Source: Nitrosomonadaceae bacterium (GTDB taxonomy: Bacteria; Pseudomonadota; Gammaproteobacteria; Burkholderiales; Nitrosomonadaceae). Taken from it: a stretch of 32,000 nucleotides of DNA. The translations under genes and the position numbers were made by a program. Below the pieces are notes generated by a model. It had not been told where the DNA came from and did no database searches. It worked only from the letters and a program-made list of their open reading frames with translations. The DNA lies in NCBI GenBank assembly GCA_965248035.1, contig OZ252054.1, positions 2,084,371 through 2,116,370 on the forward strand, written 5' to 3'. Shown here piece after piece: positions 22,863 through 32,000 of this stretch; positions within the stretch are counted from its first letter, which is position 1; each line of letters starts with the position of its first letter.

Positions 22863-24848
22863 ATGATGGCAGTTTTGCCAATTTCTTTCATGCCTAATCT
22901 CGAATTTTATTTTGCAGCTGACGGTGCACTTGCCCAGTTCGTACCTGGTTACCGTGTGCGCGTACAGCAAATGGAAATGGCTAAGATAATAGCTGAAACT
23001 ATAGCTAGAAATCACATTCTGATTGCAGAAGCAGGAACTGGTACTGGCAAAACTTTTGCTTATTTAGTCCCTGCACTTCTAGCTGGTGGCAAAGTAATTC
23101 TTTCTACTGGGACAAAAACTCAGCAAGACCAGCTTTTCAATCGTGATATTCTAACTGTGCGCGCAGCCCTTAAAGTGCCTGTAAAAGTAGCCTTATTAAA
23201 AGGTCGCGCCAATTACGTGTGTCATCATCATCTGAGGCGTACTTTACAAGAAGAGCGTACTAGTCTTGATGATAGGAAATACTTGAAGTTGATTGAGCGC
23301 TACTCGGGTTCCAGCAAAAGTGGCGACAAGAGTGGTTTGAGCGAAGTACCTGAGAACGCAACGATTTGGCAGCAAGTGACTTCGACACGAGAGAATTGTC
23401 TTGGTTCAGAATGCTCCAGCTACAAGGAGTGTTTCGTTATGGAGGCACGAAAACAAGCGATTTCGGCAGATGTAGTCGTGGTCAATCATCATTTGTTTTT
23501 TGCCGATGTCATACTACGCGATGAAGGGTTATCAGAACTACTTCCTGCCTGCAATACGGTGATATTTGATGAAGCCCACCAGTTGCCAGAAACCGCGAGC
23601 TTGTTCTTTGGTGAGTCAGTAAGTACTGGCCAGTTACTGGAACTCGCGCACGACATCGAAATTGAAGGACTACTGAGCGCCAAGGATTTCGTTGCATTGC
23701 CTGAAGCTGCATTAGCAATGGAAAAAGCAACACGTGATTTGCGCCTTACTATCGAAGGCGAGAATACTCGCTTACCGTTGGCTACAGTAATACAAAACCT
23801 TGAATTTAGAGAAGCACTGGATGAGTTGCTGGAAAAGCTCAACGTGTTGACCTCGATGCTGGAGGGTCAAGCAGAACGCTCAGAAGGATTGGAGAACTGC
23901 TGGCAACGAGCGCGTAAAATCGTCTCCGACATAACCCGCTGGGGTGGCCAGACAGAGGTAGAAGGTTTCGTGCGCTGGATAGAGACATTCAGTTATGTGC
24001 TGCAACTCAACGCAACGCCCCTATCCATTGCAGAAGTATTTAAAAAACAGCTAAGCGCTTCTCCGCGCGCGTGGATATTTACTTCCGCAACGTTGTCAGT
24101 TAGTGGTGATTTCTCACATTACAGTAGTGAAATGGGTTTAAATCCAGATTTAAGTACTGTACGGTCGGTCTGTTGGGAAAGCCCATTTGATTTTGCTAAT
24201 CAAGCTCTACTTTATGTCCCAACTGGTTTGCCCGAGCCTGCTGACCATGAGTACACAGAAAACGTAGTGAAAGCTGTGCTCCCAGTATTAAAGGCTAGTC
24301 GTGGTCGTGCATTCTTTTTGTGTACCAGTCTACGGGCGATGCAGCAAGTTCATACTATATTATTGGAGTTGTTTGAACGTGAACAACTTGATTACCCTTT
24401 GTTGCTACAAGGCCAAGGATCACGCTCTGACATGTTAGTGCGTTTTCGCAATATGGGTAATGCCGTACTGATTGGCAGTCAATCTTTTTGGGAAGGGGTG
24501 GACGTGCGCGGCGAAGCTTTGTCACTGGTAGTTATAGACAAGCTACCCTTTGCGTCACCTGACGATCCTGTGCTTTCAGCACGTATAGAGAAAATCAACA
24601 AAGAGGGGCGCAATGCTTTCATGGAGTATCAGCTGCCGCGTGCTGTCATCAATCTGAAGCAAGGTGTCGGACGGTTAATCCGAGACGAAGTTGATCGTGG
24701 CGTGTTGATGATCTGTGATCCGCGCCTTATCACTAAATCCTACGGCAAACGAATCTGGCAAAGTCTTCCACCAATGAAGCGTACACGCGATCTAGATGAA
24801 GTGCAGCAGTTCTTTTTGTTGAATAATGAAATAGTGGAAGCGGGATAA
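22863..24848 (+). CDS. dinG: ATP-dependent DNA helicase, DinG/YoaA (XPD-like) family
   Basis: 661 aa. Walker A AEAGTGTGKTFAYL, DEAH box FDEAHQL, and four Cys for an Fe-S cluster (NYVCHHH...ENCLGSECSSYKEC). The C-terminal motifs GSQSFWEGVD and QGVGRLIR are also present. Confidence 0.9.
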   Translation: MMAVLPISFMPNLEFYFAADGALAQFVPGYRVRVQQMEMAKIIAETIARNHILIAEAGTGTGKTFAYLVPALLAGGKVILSTGTKTQQDQLFNRDILTVRAALKVPVKVALLKGRANYVCHHHLRRTLQEERTSLDDRKYLKLIERYSGSSKSGDKSGLSEVPENATIWQQVTSTRENCLGSECSSYKECFVMEARKQAISADVVVVNHHLFFADVILRDEGLSELLPACNTVIFDEAHQLPETASLFFGESVSTGQLLELAHDIEIEGLLSAKDFVALPEAALAMEKATRDLRLTIEGENTRLPLATVIQNLEFREALDELLEKLNVLTSMLEGQAERSEGLENCWQRARKIVSDITRWGGQTEVEGFVRWIETFSYVLQLNATPLSIAEVFKKQLSASPRAWIFTSATLSVSGDFSHYSSEMGLNPDLSTVRSVCWESPFDFANQALLYVPTGLPEPADHEYTENVVKAVLPVLKASRGRAFFLCTSLRAMQQVHTILLELFEREQLDYPLLLQGQGSRSDMLVRFRNMGNAVLIGSQSFWEGVDVRGEALSLVVIDKLPFASPDDPVLSARIEKINKEGRNAFMEYQLPRAVINLKQGVGRLIRDEVDRGVLMICDPRLITKSYGKRIWQSLPPMKRTRDLDEVQQFFLLNNEIVEAG

Positions 24849-24968
24849 TATTAAGTGAAATATTTAGTGTCTGAAATAATTGACCTCTTTCTCTATGCAT
24901 ACAAAATACGAATTGAGTAAGCTTATTTAGAATATAGCTAACCGGATGTCATTTGGTTATGTGGTGCC

Positions 24969-26003
24969 TTAGTACTTAAGCAAATAAGGCAGTGGCATGA
25001 TCTCGAGCATAGGGCCATTTAGAGTCTTCCAATAAATTTTCCCGGCTTTGACACTTTCTATTTGGATCACTGCTAGCACGTCATATCCACCATCAGGTGA
25101 GGGTGCTGCATTGACTATCATGCCACTTGATTGTTCTTCCATGGCATCGCTGTACAGCTCGTCCCCAGCCACAATAGGCTCTGTTGTGTGTATATTTGCA
25201 AGATACATACGGCGTTTTAACTTGCCCAAATATTGGGTGCGTGAAACGATTTCCTGTCCTGGATAGCAACCTTTCTGAAAACTTATCCCGCCAATGGATT
25301 CCAGGTTCGCCATTTGGGGTACAAATTGTTCCTGAGTAGCGGGTGTGATAATAGGAATGCCGGCTTTTATTTCCAGCCATTCCCAGCAGGATTTGCCCAC
25401 TGGCACAGCATGTTTTCTCAAATGCTTCCATAGCTTGGGAGCATGCCCTAGCGTAGCGATAATTTCAAAACGGTTCTGAGAAAGACAGAGAATACTTTCA
25501 TACTCACCGTGAATGACACCAAGATGAGGACAGGGTGCTGCGCCAAAAGTTTCTTCTACCGTAGCTGCTGCACGATTTCCAGCGATGCCGATGCGTACTA
25601 GTGAGTTGCTATCATCAGTCAGCTTTACCTTGGAGCGTAGCACAAACATAGACAAACGTTTCTCGATGATCGCGTGTAGTGTCGCTGGTATTTGTATGAA
25701 GTATCCGCCACCATTGTGCCATATCAGAAAGCTTGCTAGCATTCGGCCTTTCGGGGTGCAGCAGCTACCATATTGAGCTGTATGGAGATCGATTTTACTA
25801 ACGTCACAACTCAACTGACCCTGTAAGAATGTTGAAGCATCTTCTCCAGAGAAACGAATCAATCCAAAATGTGAAAGGTCAGCCAATATCGTCTTGGAGT
25901 CGGTACTTTCGAGCTCGGTAGAGGCATCACCATAGTGAGCAACGCAGCCATCTTCAATGACCGCATTGTGACTTTGTAAGTACGTTTGCCAAGTTAGGTT
26001 CAT
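24969..26003 (-). CDS. ygfZ: Folate-binding YgfZ/CAF17-family protein (GcvT-like fold)
   Basis: 344 aa with the signature KGCYPGQEIVSRTQYLGKLKRRMY. Confidence 0.85.
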   Translation of the reverse strand: MNLTWQTYLQSHNAVIEDGCVAHYGDASTELESTDSKTILADLSHFGLIRFSGEDASTFLQGQLSCDVSKIDLHTAQYGSCCTPKGRMLASFLIWHNGGGYFIQIPATLHAIIEKRLSMFVLRSKVKLTDDSNSLVRIGIAGNRAAATVEETFGAAPCPHLGVIHGEYESILCLSQNRFEIIATLGHAPKLWKHLRKHAVPVGKSCWEWLEIKAGIPIITPATQEQFVPQMANLESIGGISFQKGCYPGQEIVSRTQYLGKLKRRMYLANIHTTEPIVAGDELYSDAMEEQSSGMIVNAAPSPDGGYDVLAVIQIESVKAGKIYWKTLNGPMLEIMPLPYLLKY

Positions 26004-26254
26004 GCAGGAAAAGTTTTACTGATGAAGAGTACTAATTATATAGGGCTAATTATATGGCTAATTGTTAAGAGTGAGATAATTTGTGGTAGCTGCTCCCTCC
26101 TTATCATTCATGTTTAAGCTTCTGCAAGGTATACAGCGATGCTAATTTTACCCATTTAGCTGGCATAGAACTCTTGCATATGGAATATACGCTGAAGGAG
26201 TTCAGCTGGTAGCGAATAAGGCCGCGGTGGAGATGGGAAAGCTAGGCGGAAGCG

Positions 26255-27841
26255 CTATCTTTTCAATACAGTGTCTTTCGCATGTTGCAGAATATCCGGA
26301 TAATCTAAGCTAAAATGTAGCCCACGGCTTTCATGACGCAGCATAGCACTTTGCACGATTAGGTCGGCAGTGCTTACCAGATTGCGCAGTTCTAGCAGAT
26401 CGCTAGTCACGCGGAAATTGGCATAATATTCACTGATTTCCTCATGCAGTAACTTAATACGGTGTTGAGCACGCTGCAGACGTTTATTGGTTCGAACGAT
26501 ACCAACGTAACTCCACATAAAACGGCGTAATTCATCCCAGTTATGCGAGATAATGATTTCTTCGTCGGCGTCAGTAACTCGACTTTCGTCCCATAGCGGT
26601 AATTTCATAGCAGGTAAAGGTGTTTGATTCAGTATATCCTCGGCAGCTGCTTGTCCGAATACGAGACACTCCAGCAGTGAGTTACTTGCAAGCCGATTGG
26701 CGCCGTGAAGTCCGGTGTGTGCGGTTTCGCCTATTGCATATAGATTGCCCAGGTCGGTTTTACCGTTTAAGTTAGTGACGATGCCGCCACAGGTGTAGTG
26801 AGCGGCAGGTACAACCGGGATAGGGTGTAGAGTAATGTCTATGCCTAGTTCCAAGCAACGGGAGTAAATATTTGGAAAGTGTTCTTTCAGGAAAAGTGCC
26901 GGTTTGTGAGAAATGTCGAGATAAACACAATCAAGACCACGTTTTTTCATTTCAAAGTCAATGGCGCGGGCGACGATGTCGCGTGGTGCGAGCTCAGCGC
27001 GTTCATCGTGCAACGGCATGAAGCGCTTGCCATCTGGAAGCTTCAGTAGGCCGCCTTCCCCACGTACTGCTTCGGTGATCAGGAATGATTTGGCGTGGGG
27101 ATGGTAAAGGCAAGTAGGATGAAATTGAATGAATTCCATGTTGGCAACGCGGCAACCCGCGCGCCAGCCCATGGCAATGCCATCTCCAGTAGCTGTATCA
27201 GGATTGGTGGTATAGAGGTAAACCTTGCCAGCTCCACCAGTTGCCAACACTGTATTCTGTGCGGAGATGGTACTGACTTGGCCTGACAGATTATCCAACG
27301 CATAAGCGCCATAGCAGTTGATATCATCATTATCTGAGTGGCCCAGTTTTGTGCTGGTGATGAGATCGATGGCGATATAGTGCTCAAGCACGGTGATATT
27401 CGTATGAGTACGAGCTTTCTCACCCAGTGTTCGTTGTACTGCTTGCCCAGTAGCGTCCGCCACGTGAATCACTCGACGCACACTATGGCCGCCTTCCCTT
27501 GTAAGGTGATAGCCAGTTTTATTACCTTGGTCGCGGGTAAATGGTACTCCTTGTGCGATCAGCCACTGAATGGCTTGTGGGCCATTTTCCAATACGCTGC
27601 GGGTAATTTTTTCGTTGCACAACCCAACGCCTGCACTTAGAGTGTCGCGGATATGGACTTCAGGCGAGTCTTTCTCAGATAGCGCTGCAGCTATGCCGCC
27701 TTGAGCCCAGCCACTGGCGCCGTCAAGTAATGCTTGTTTAGTAATAAGGCCAACCTTTTTGCTTTTTGCCAGGTTGAGTGCAAGAGTGAGGCCGGCGAGA
27801 CCGCTGCCGATAATGAGCGTGTCAAAATAGGTATGAGGCAT
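26255..27841 (-). CDS. nadB: L-aspartate oxidase
   Basis: 528 aa. FAD-binding LIIGSGLAGLTLAL, plus HPT, RGEGG and HYTCGGI motifs typical of NadB and the succinate dehydrogenase flavoprotein family. It is divergent from rpoE, as in E. coli. Confidence 0.95.
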   Translation of the reverse strand: MPHTYFDTLIIGSGLAGLTLALNLAKSKKVGLITKQALLDGASGWAQGGIAAALSEKDSPEVHIRDTLSAGVGLCNEKITRSVLENGPQAIQWLIAQGVPFTRDQGNKTGYHLTREGGHSVRRVIHVADATGQAVQRTLGEKARTHTNITVLEHYIAIDLITSTKLGHSDNDDINCYGAYALDNLSGQVSTISAQNTVLATGGAGKVYLYTTNPDTATGDGIAMGWRAGCRVANMEFIQFHPTCLYHPHAKSFLITEAVRGEGGLLKLPDGKRFMPLHDERAELAPRDIVARAIDFEMKKRGLDCVYLDISHKPALFLKEHFPNIYSRCLELGIDITLHPIPVVPAAHYTCGGIVTNLNGKTDLGNLYAIGETAHTGLHGANRLASNSLLECLVFGQAAAEDILNQTPLPAMKLPLWDESRVTDADEEIIISHNWDELRRFMWSYVGIVRTNKRLQRAQHRIKLLHEEISEYYANFRVTSDLLELRNLVSTADLIVQSAMLRHESRGLHFSLDYPDILQHAKDTVLKR

Positions 27842-27949
27842 GAGTCTAAGTTGGTTTCACAAACCGTTACTCGAAAATCATAACAGACTTGAGACTTGAC
27901 TTGGCATTTACAATATCCTAGTTTTCTTGGAATAAGTTCATTTTAATGT

Positions 27950-27977
27950 GAACTAATATAGAATGCATGTTGTCTCT
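27950..27977 (+). promoter_or_regulatory. Possible sigmaE-type autoregulated promoter (GAACTA-N17-TCTCT)
   Basis: Resembles the GAACTT-N16/17-TCtnA consensus. It lies about 155 nt upstream of rpoE. A weak match. Confidence 0.25.
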
Positions 27978-28130
27978 TAGCACAGGTCATACATAGTATG
28001 TAAGAAATAGTATGTAAGTGGCGAATCTCGGTGTTCGAATGAAACCCTGAACGAGTATACTTGACTTGCCGTGTCATGATGCAGCAGTGATCACAAGTAT
28101 AAATTATAAAACTCAGGGAACGTGTAGCAT

Positions 28131-28733
28131 ATGGGTGACCGAGAAATTGATCAGCAATTGGTAGAACGTGCGCAGCGTGGAGATAAGCAAGCATTCGATT
28201 TGTTGGTGATCAAATATCAACGGAAGCTGGCTCGATTGTTGTCACAATTCATTCGTGATGCTGCTGAGGTTGAGGACGTTACGCAGGAGACCTTTATCAA
28301 AGCTTATAGGTCATTATCATCGTTTCGCGGTGAGAGTGCTTTTTATACTTGGCTGTATCGCATAGGCATTAATGCAGCAAAGAATTTTCTGGTAGCCCAA
28401 AAGCGGAGAGCATCGAACACCACCAACGGATTTGATATTGATGACGCTGAAAATTTTGAGGAAGGAAGTCAATTGCGAGAGTTGAATACTCCTGAAAGTG
28501 AGTTAATGAGTAGGCAGATTGCTCAAACGGTACATCAGACTTTGCAGGCGTTACCTGAGGAATTGCGAACAGCAATTACTCTGAGAGAAATCGAGGGGTT
28601 GAGTTATGAAGAAATTGCAAACATCATGAATTGCCCTACGGGCACAGTACGATCACGAATATTCCGTGCTCGTGAAGCGATAGCAGATAAATTACAATCC
28701 GTGATGGAAATCGGCAAAGACAAAAGGTGGTAG
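28131..28733 (+). CDS. rpoE: ECF sigma factor RpoE (sigma-24/AlgU)
   Basis: 200 aa. DQQLVERAQRGDKQAFDLLVIKYQRKL and the region 4 segment LSYEEIANIMNCPTGTVRSRIFRAREAI closely parallel E. coli RpoE. Confidence 0.9.
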   Translation: MGDREIDQQLVERAQRGDKQAFDLLVIKYQRKLARLLSQFIRDAAEVEDVTQETFIKAYRSLSSFRGESAFYTWLYRIGINAAKNFLVAQKRRASNTTNGFDIDDAENFEEGSQLRELNTPESELMSRQIAQTVHQTLQALPEELRTAITLREIEGLSYEEIANIMNCPTGTVRSRIFRAREAIADKLQSVMEIGKDKRW

Positions 28734-28734
28734 C

Positions 28735-29265
28735 ATGAAAAATAAAATATCGGCATTGATGGACGGTGAATTGGACAACGTTGATATTACTGACACCATC
28801 GCTCAAATTAAGAAAACAGAAGATCTACGCAACGAATGGGCGACTTATCATTTAATTGGTGACACTTTGCGTCAGTCAGTAGCGGCGCCCATTGACATTG
28901 CATCGCAGGTTAGCAAGAGATTAGCCGTAGAACCGACCGTGCTGGCGCCACACGTTCCTACAGAACACAAGGGTAAAGTTTTTGCGTTTTCGGTCGCGGC
29001 TTCGATGGTGACAGCAGTGGCCGCAGTGGTGTGGATGAGTGTGCAAACTGTGGATAGACCACTGAAGTCCATTACTGACAATTCAGTTCATCAAGCCGCT
29101 GTAAAGGCAGAACCCACCGTTATTTCTGCCCCTATTCCTGCACCAGCTCACATTAATGACTACTACTTATTAGTACATGGGGAATTTTCACCCCGCATGG
29201 TGATGCATGGCGTGGCGCCATATATACGCACGGTTACTGATTCGGACGAGCGATCTACCAAATGA
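28735..29265 (+). CDS. rseA: Anti-sigma-E factor RseA/MucA
   Basis: The N-terminal ISALMDGEL...W.TYHLIGDTLR is the RseA_N signature. A central transmembrane segment is present. The gene starts 1 nt after the rpoE stop. Confidence 0.8.
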   Translation: MKNKISALMDGELDNVDITDTIAQIKKTEDLRNEWATYHLIGDTLRQSVAAPIDIASQVSKRLAVEPTVLAPHVPTEHKGKVFAFSVAASMVTAVAAVVWMSVQTVDRPLKSITDNSVHQAAVKAEPTVISAPIPAPAHINDYYLLVHGEFSPRMVMHGVAPYIRTVTDSDERSTK

Positions 29266-30257
29266 CAAGAAGAGTAGCGATAGCTCCCTTGTTGCTGCTA
29301 TCTGGTCTAGTATTGCCCTCATTTGCACAGGAGGACCCTTCTAGTGTGTCAGCAGAAGCGCAGGGCTGGTTACAAAGAGTTGTTACTGCTCCCCGCCAGC
29401 ACAATTACATCGGCACTTTTGTTTATTCTTCTGGTGGACATATGGAGACGTCGCGAGTTGTACACATGGTTAATAGCGAGGGGGAACGTGAGAGAATCGA
29501 GGTACTCGACGGTTCGCCGCGTGAGGTCATTCGTAACAATGGTGAAGTGAGATGTTATTTTCCGGAAAGGAATATCGTGGTAACCGAAAAACGGGGATTG
29601 CGTAAATATTTTTCTGCACTGCTGCCAGAACCGTTGAGTAATATTAACAACAACTATATTGTGAAAAAAGGTGGGAAGGAGCGGATTAGCGATTACGAGT
29701 GTCAAGTAATTGTACTGGAATCTAGGGATAACATGCGCTATAGCCAAAAGCTGTGGGTGGATATCTCTAGTGGTTTGTTGCTTAAAGCAGCAGTGATGGA
29801 TAGGGGTCAGGTGGTAGAACAGTTTGTTTTTACCCAACTGGAAATTGATGGTGAGATAGACGAAGAACTATTGAAGCCCAAGTACCTTACAAAAGCTGCT
29901 AAGTTGCATATTACTAATCTAGTGGCTTTCAAGATGGGGAAAGGCGAGCTCGGTTGGCAGGTAAAAAATCTACCTCCGGGCTTCATGAAAATCACCGAGG
30001 TGAAGCGTAGTTTTTCTGGAAAATCTACACCTGTTGGCCATATTGGGCTTTCGGATGGCCTTGCCACTGTTTCAGTGTTTATCGAGCCAGCTGAAGAAAG
30101 TGATTCTCAGCCCGTTCAGAAATCCTTTCCTCGCCAGGGCGCCATTAATATTTATACCCGAACAGTGGGGGGAAATAGAGTGACGACGATAGGAGAAGTG
30201 CCACCAGTAACAGTGATGCAGATTGGTAACTCTGTGGTAAATTACAAAGTTAAATGA
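29262..30257 (+). CDS. rseB: Sigma-E regulatory protein RseB/MucB
   Basis: 331 aa with a signal peptide. WLQRVVTAPRQHNYIGTFVY is typical of MucB/RseB. ATGA overlap with rseA. Confidence 0.85.
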   Translation: MTRRVAIAPLLLLSGLVLPSFAQEDPSSVSAEAQGWLQRVVTAPRQHNYIGTFVYSSGGHMETSRVVHMVNSEGERERIEVLDGSPREVIRNNGEVRCYFPERNIVVTEKRGLRKYFSALLPEPLSNINNNYIVKKGGKERISDYECQVIVLESRDNMRYSQKLWVDISSGLLLKAAVMDRGQVVEQFVFTQLEIDGEIDEELLKPKYLTKAAKLHITNLVAFKMGKGELGWQVKNLPPGFMKITEVKRSFSGKSTPVGHIGLSDGLATVSVFIEPAEESDSQPVQKSFPRQGAINIYTRTVGGNRVTTIGEVPPVTVMQIGNSVVNYKVK

Positions 30258-30416
30258 GCAGAATAAAGAGTAATCACAAAAATAAAATTATGGCTGCTGT
30301 GATGGAGAAAGAACAGAACTAGCAAAAGAATTACACCAGGTATTTTCTCCACTTTGTTTAGACTGTTTAGCATCAAGCCGAGATAATTCCAGATATAAAA
30401 TTTAGCCAGATTCCGG

Positions 30417-30450
30417 GTTGAGGATCTCAACTGTGTATTATTTATTTTTT
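30417..30450 (+). terminator. Weak terminator-like hairpin between rseB and degP
   Basis: GTTGAG-gat-CTCAAC (30417-30431) is followed by a T-rich tract (tgtgtattatttatttttt). The stem is short. Confidence 0.3.
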
Positions 30451-30463
30451 CAAAAACAGGAAA

Positions 30464-31906
30464 ATGATGCATAAATTTATTCTAGTAGTGTTGTTCGGAC
30501 TTTCTTTCTCCGTTTTCGCGCAGACTATGGAGTTGCCTGACTTTACTGATCTCATTGAGACGCAAGGGGCGACCGTGGTGAATATCAGCACCATCCAGAC
30601 ACATAATACATCTAGAAATCAGGCAATTCCCGGAATGCCAAATATTCCGGAGGACAGTCCATTTTTCGAATTTTTTCGTCGTCACACACCTCATGGTGTT
30701 ATTCCTAGGGAGTTGTTTCCTCATGGTGCTCCTAGGGAGTTTGAATCTAAATCACTAGGCTCAGGTTTTATCATCAGTGCAGACGGGTATATTTTGACCA
30801 ATGCTCATGTGGTCGATTCTGCTGATGAAATTACTGTCAAACTGAACGATAAGCGAGAATTTCGAGCAGAAATAATCGGTGCTGACCGCAAGACTGATAT
30901 AGCTCTTCTGAAGATAGAGGCCAGCAATTTACCTCAAGTGACCCAAGGAGACCCCAACAAACTCAGAGTGGGTGAATGGGTTGTGGCGATTGGATCGCCA
31001 TTTGGCTTCGAGAGCAGTGTGACCGCTGGTATCGTCAGCGCTAAGGGACGCTCATTAGCACAGGAAAACTATGTTCCTTTTATTCAGACTGACGTAGCCA
31101 TAAATCCTGGAAATTCTGGGGGGCCACTATTTAATATGCAGGGTGAAGTGGTCGGCATTAACTCACAGATATACAGTCGTACCGGTGGCTACATGGGATT
31201 GTCGTTTGCCATTCCTATTGACGTTGCTACAGACATTTCTAACCAATTGAAAGATACAGGAAAGGTAAGTCGCGGTAGAATTGGCGTGATGATTCAGAAA
31301 GTGACCAAAGAACTAGCCGAATCATTTGGCCTAGCTAAACCTGGCGGTGCACTGGTGACTTTGGTACAAAAAGGTGGTCCTGCAGAGAAAGCTGGGATCA
31401 AGACAAAAGATGTGATCATGAAATTTGATGGTAAAGCTGTAAGTACCTCTAGCGATTTGCCACGCATTGTGGGAACTACTAAACCAGGATCAAAGGTTTC
31501 GGTTCAGGTGTGGCGGAATGGTTCTATAAAGAAAATGATGGTGTTGGTGGACGAATTTCCAACAGATGAGAAAATTGCTAGTCGTGAAAGCAAACGTGGC
31601 AAGACACCCGATACATCTAACCGCATCGGGCTTGCTTTGCGCGAACTTACGAACAATGAGAAAAAACAACATGAAGTGAATAATGGTTTGCTGGTAGAAG
31701 ATATGCGGCCAGGCATCGCTAGTCGCGCCGGAATGCGGCCTGGTGATATGATTCTTGGAATCAACAATCAAGATGTGAATACTGTCGAGCAGTTCAATCA
31801 ATTGCTCAACAAAAGCAAGGAAGGCCGTAATATCGCGCTACTGGTAAAGCGTGGCAACACAACCTCTTTTATTACCATGAAGCTCAATGGAGGCGAGAGT
31901 AAGTAG
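30464..31906 (+). CDS. degP: Periplasmic serine endoprotease DegP/MucD (Do family, two PDZ domains)
   Basis: 480 aa with a signal peptide. The triad context is TNAHVV...DIALLKI...GNSGGPLFN. Two PDZ-like segments are present. Confidence 0.9.
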   Translation: MMHKFILVVLFGLSFSVFAQTMELPDFTDLIETQGATVVNISTIQTHNTSRNQAIPGMPNIPEDSPFFEFFRRHTPHGVIPRELFPHGAPREFESKSLGSGFIISADGYILTNAHVVDSADEITVKLNDKREFRAEIIGADRKTDIALLKIEASNLPQVTQGDPNKLRVGEWVVAIGSPFGFESSVTAGIVSAKGRSLAQENYVPFIQTDVAINPGNSGGPLFNMQGEVVGINSQIYSRTGGYMGLSFAIPIDVATDISNQLKDTGKVSRGRIGVMIQKVTKELAESFGLAKPGGALVTLVQKGGPAEKAGIKTKDVIMKFDGKAVSTSSDLPRIVGTTKPGSKVSVQVWRNGSIKKMMVLVDEFPTDEKIASRESKRGKTPDTSNRIGLALRELTNNEKKQHEVNNGLLVEDMRPGIASRAGMRPGDMILGINNQDVNTVEQFNQLLNKSKEGRNIALLVKRGNTTSFITMKLNGGESK

Positions 31907-31913
31907 TTTAGTC

Positions 31914-32000
31914 ATGCCAGATTCAGTTAGGCTGATTGTTTATGGCCGAAAGGATTGCCATCTTTGCTTTGACATGATTGCCGCTCTAAATGAATTACAG
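31914..32000 (+). CDS. 5' end of a glutaredoxin-like small protein (runs off the window)
   Basis: My translation is MPDSVRLIVYGRKDCHLCFDMIAALNELQ. The CHLC redox motif follows a beta-strand, typical of the glutaredoxin-like/DUF836 family. Confidence 0.5.
   Translation, partial: MPDSVRLIVYGRKDCHLCFDMIAALNELQ

Noticed and set aside
22830-23015. 61-aa minus ORF overlapping the helicase start
   Set aside because: It is antisense to the DinG/YoaA N-terminus, with no RBS and no motifs.
30426-30455. CAACTG-N16-TCAAA as a sigmaE promoter for degP
   Set aside because: The -10 element would put the transcription start at or after the degP RBS (AGGA, 30459-30462), leaving no leader. The -35 match is only 4/6.
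30242-30472. 76-aa minus-strand ORF between rseB and degP
   Set aside because: It is AT-rich and low in complexity with no RBS. It is antisense to the intergenic region of a conserved operon and overlaps both neighbours' ends.
1-32000. CRISPR arrays, rRNA or tRNA genes, integrases, reverse transcriptases
   Set aside because: I scanned by eye for regularly spaced 25-40 nt repeats, cloverleaf-compatible segments and the relevant protein motifs in the ORF track. None was found. The only spaced repeats are those listed as features.

Overview
The AmoA, AmoB and AmoC sequences and the visibly AT-rich composition (not computed) point to a betaproteobacterial ammonia oxidiser, probably Nitrosomonas-like. 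The window splits into three parts.

(1) Bases 1-12,950 look like an accessory mosaic. They hold many short secreted or hypothetical genes and six copies of a GTCCGCTTT/AAAGCGGAC palindromic intergenic repeat. They also hold an orphan nuoA'-nuoB-'nuoC fragment and a roughly 2 kb IS1595-like element. That element has a broken transposase and an intact SPPY-type DNA methyltransferase passenger, and it is inserted into a lipoprotein gene. The rest of this part is a frameshifted TetR gene with a shared operator-like motif, a toxin/antitoxin-like pair (small ORF plus zinc-ribbon/HTH protein), and a 1.2 kb two-gene cassette bracketed by 22/25 direct repeats.

(2) Bases 12,979-22,080 carry an MFS transporter and then a contiguous minus-strand block: amoC-amoA-amoB-amoE(orf4)-amoD(orf5)-copC-copD. 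copD is a CopD / cytochrome c / Cys-less thioredoxin-like fusion. A 169-aa exported protein with a histidine-rich tail follows it.

(3) Bases 22,863-32,000 are housekeeping: a DinG/YoaA helicase, ygfZ, nadB, rpoE-rseA-rseB-degP and the start of a glutaredoxin-like gene.

I found no rRNA, tRNA or CRISPR array. I see no compelling new defence system. The strongest leads are:
- the extended copper module around amo, where all five exported soluble products are predicted to mature with an N-terminal His;
- the IS-borne orphan methyltransferase;
- the orphan nuoB paralog;
- the repeat-bounded cassette at 11.7-12.9 kb.

All family assignments rest on motif recognition by eye. No searches were run.
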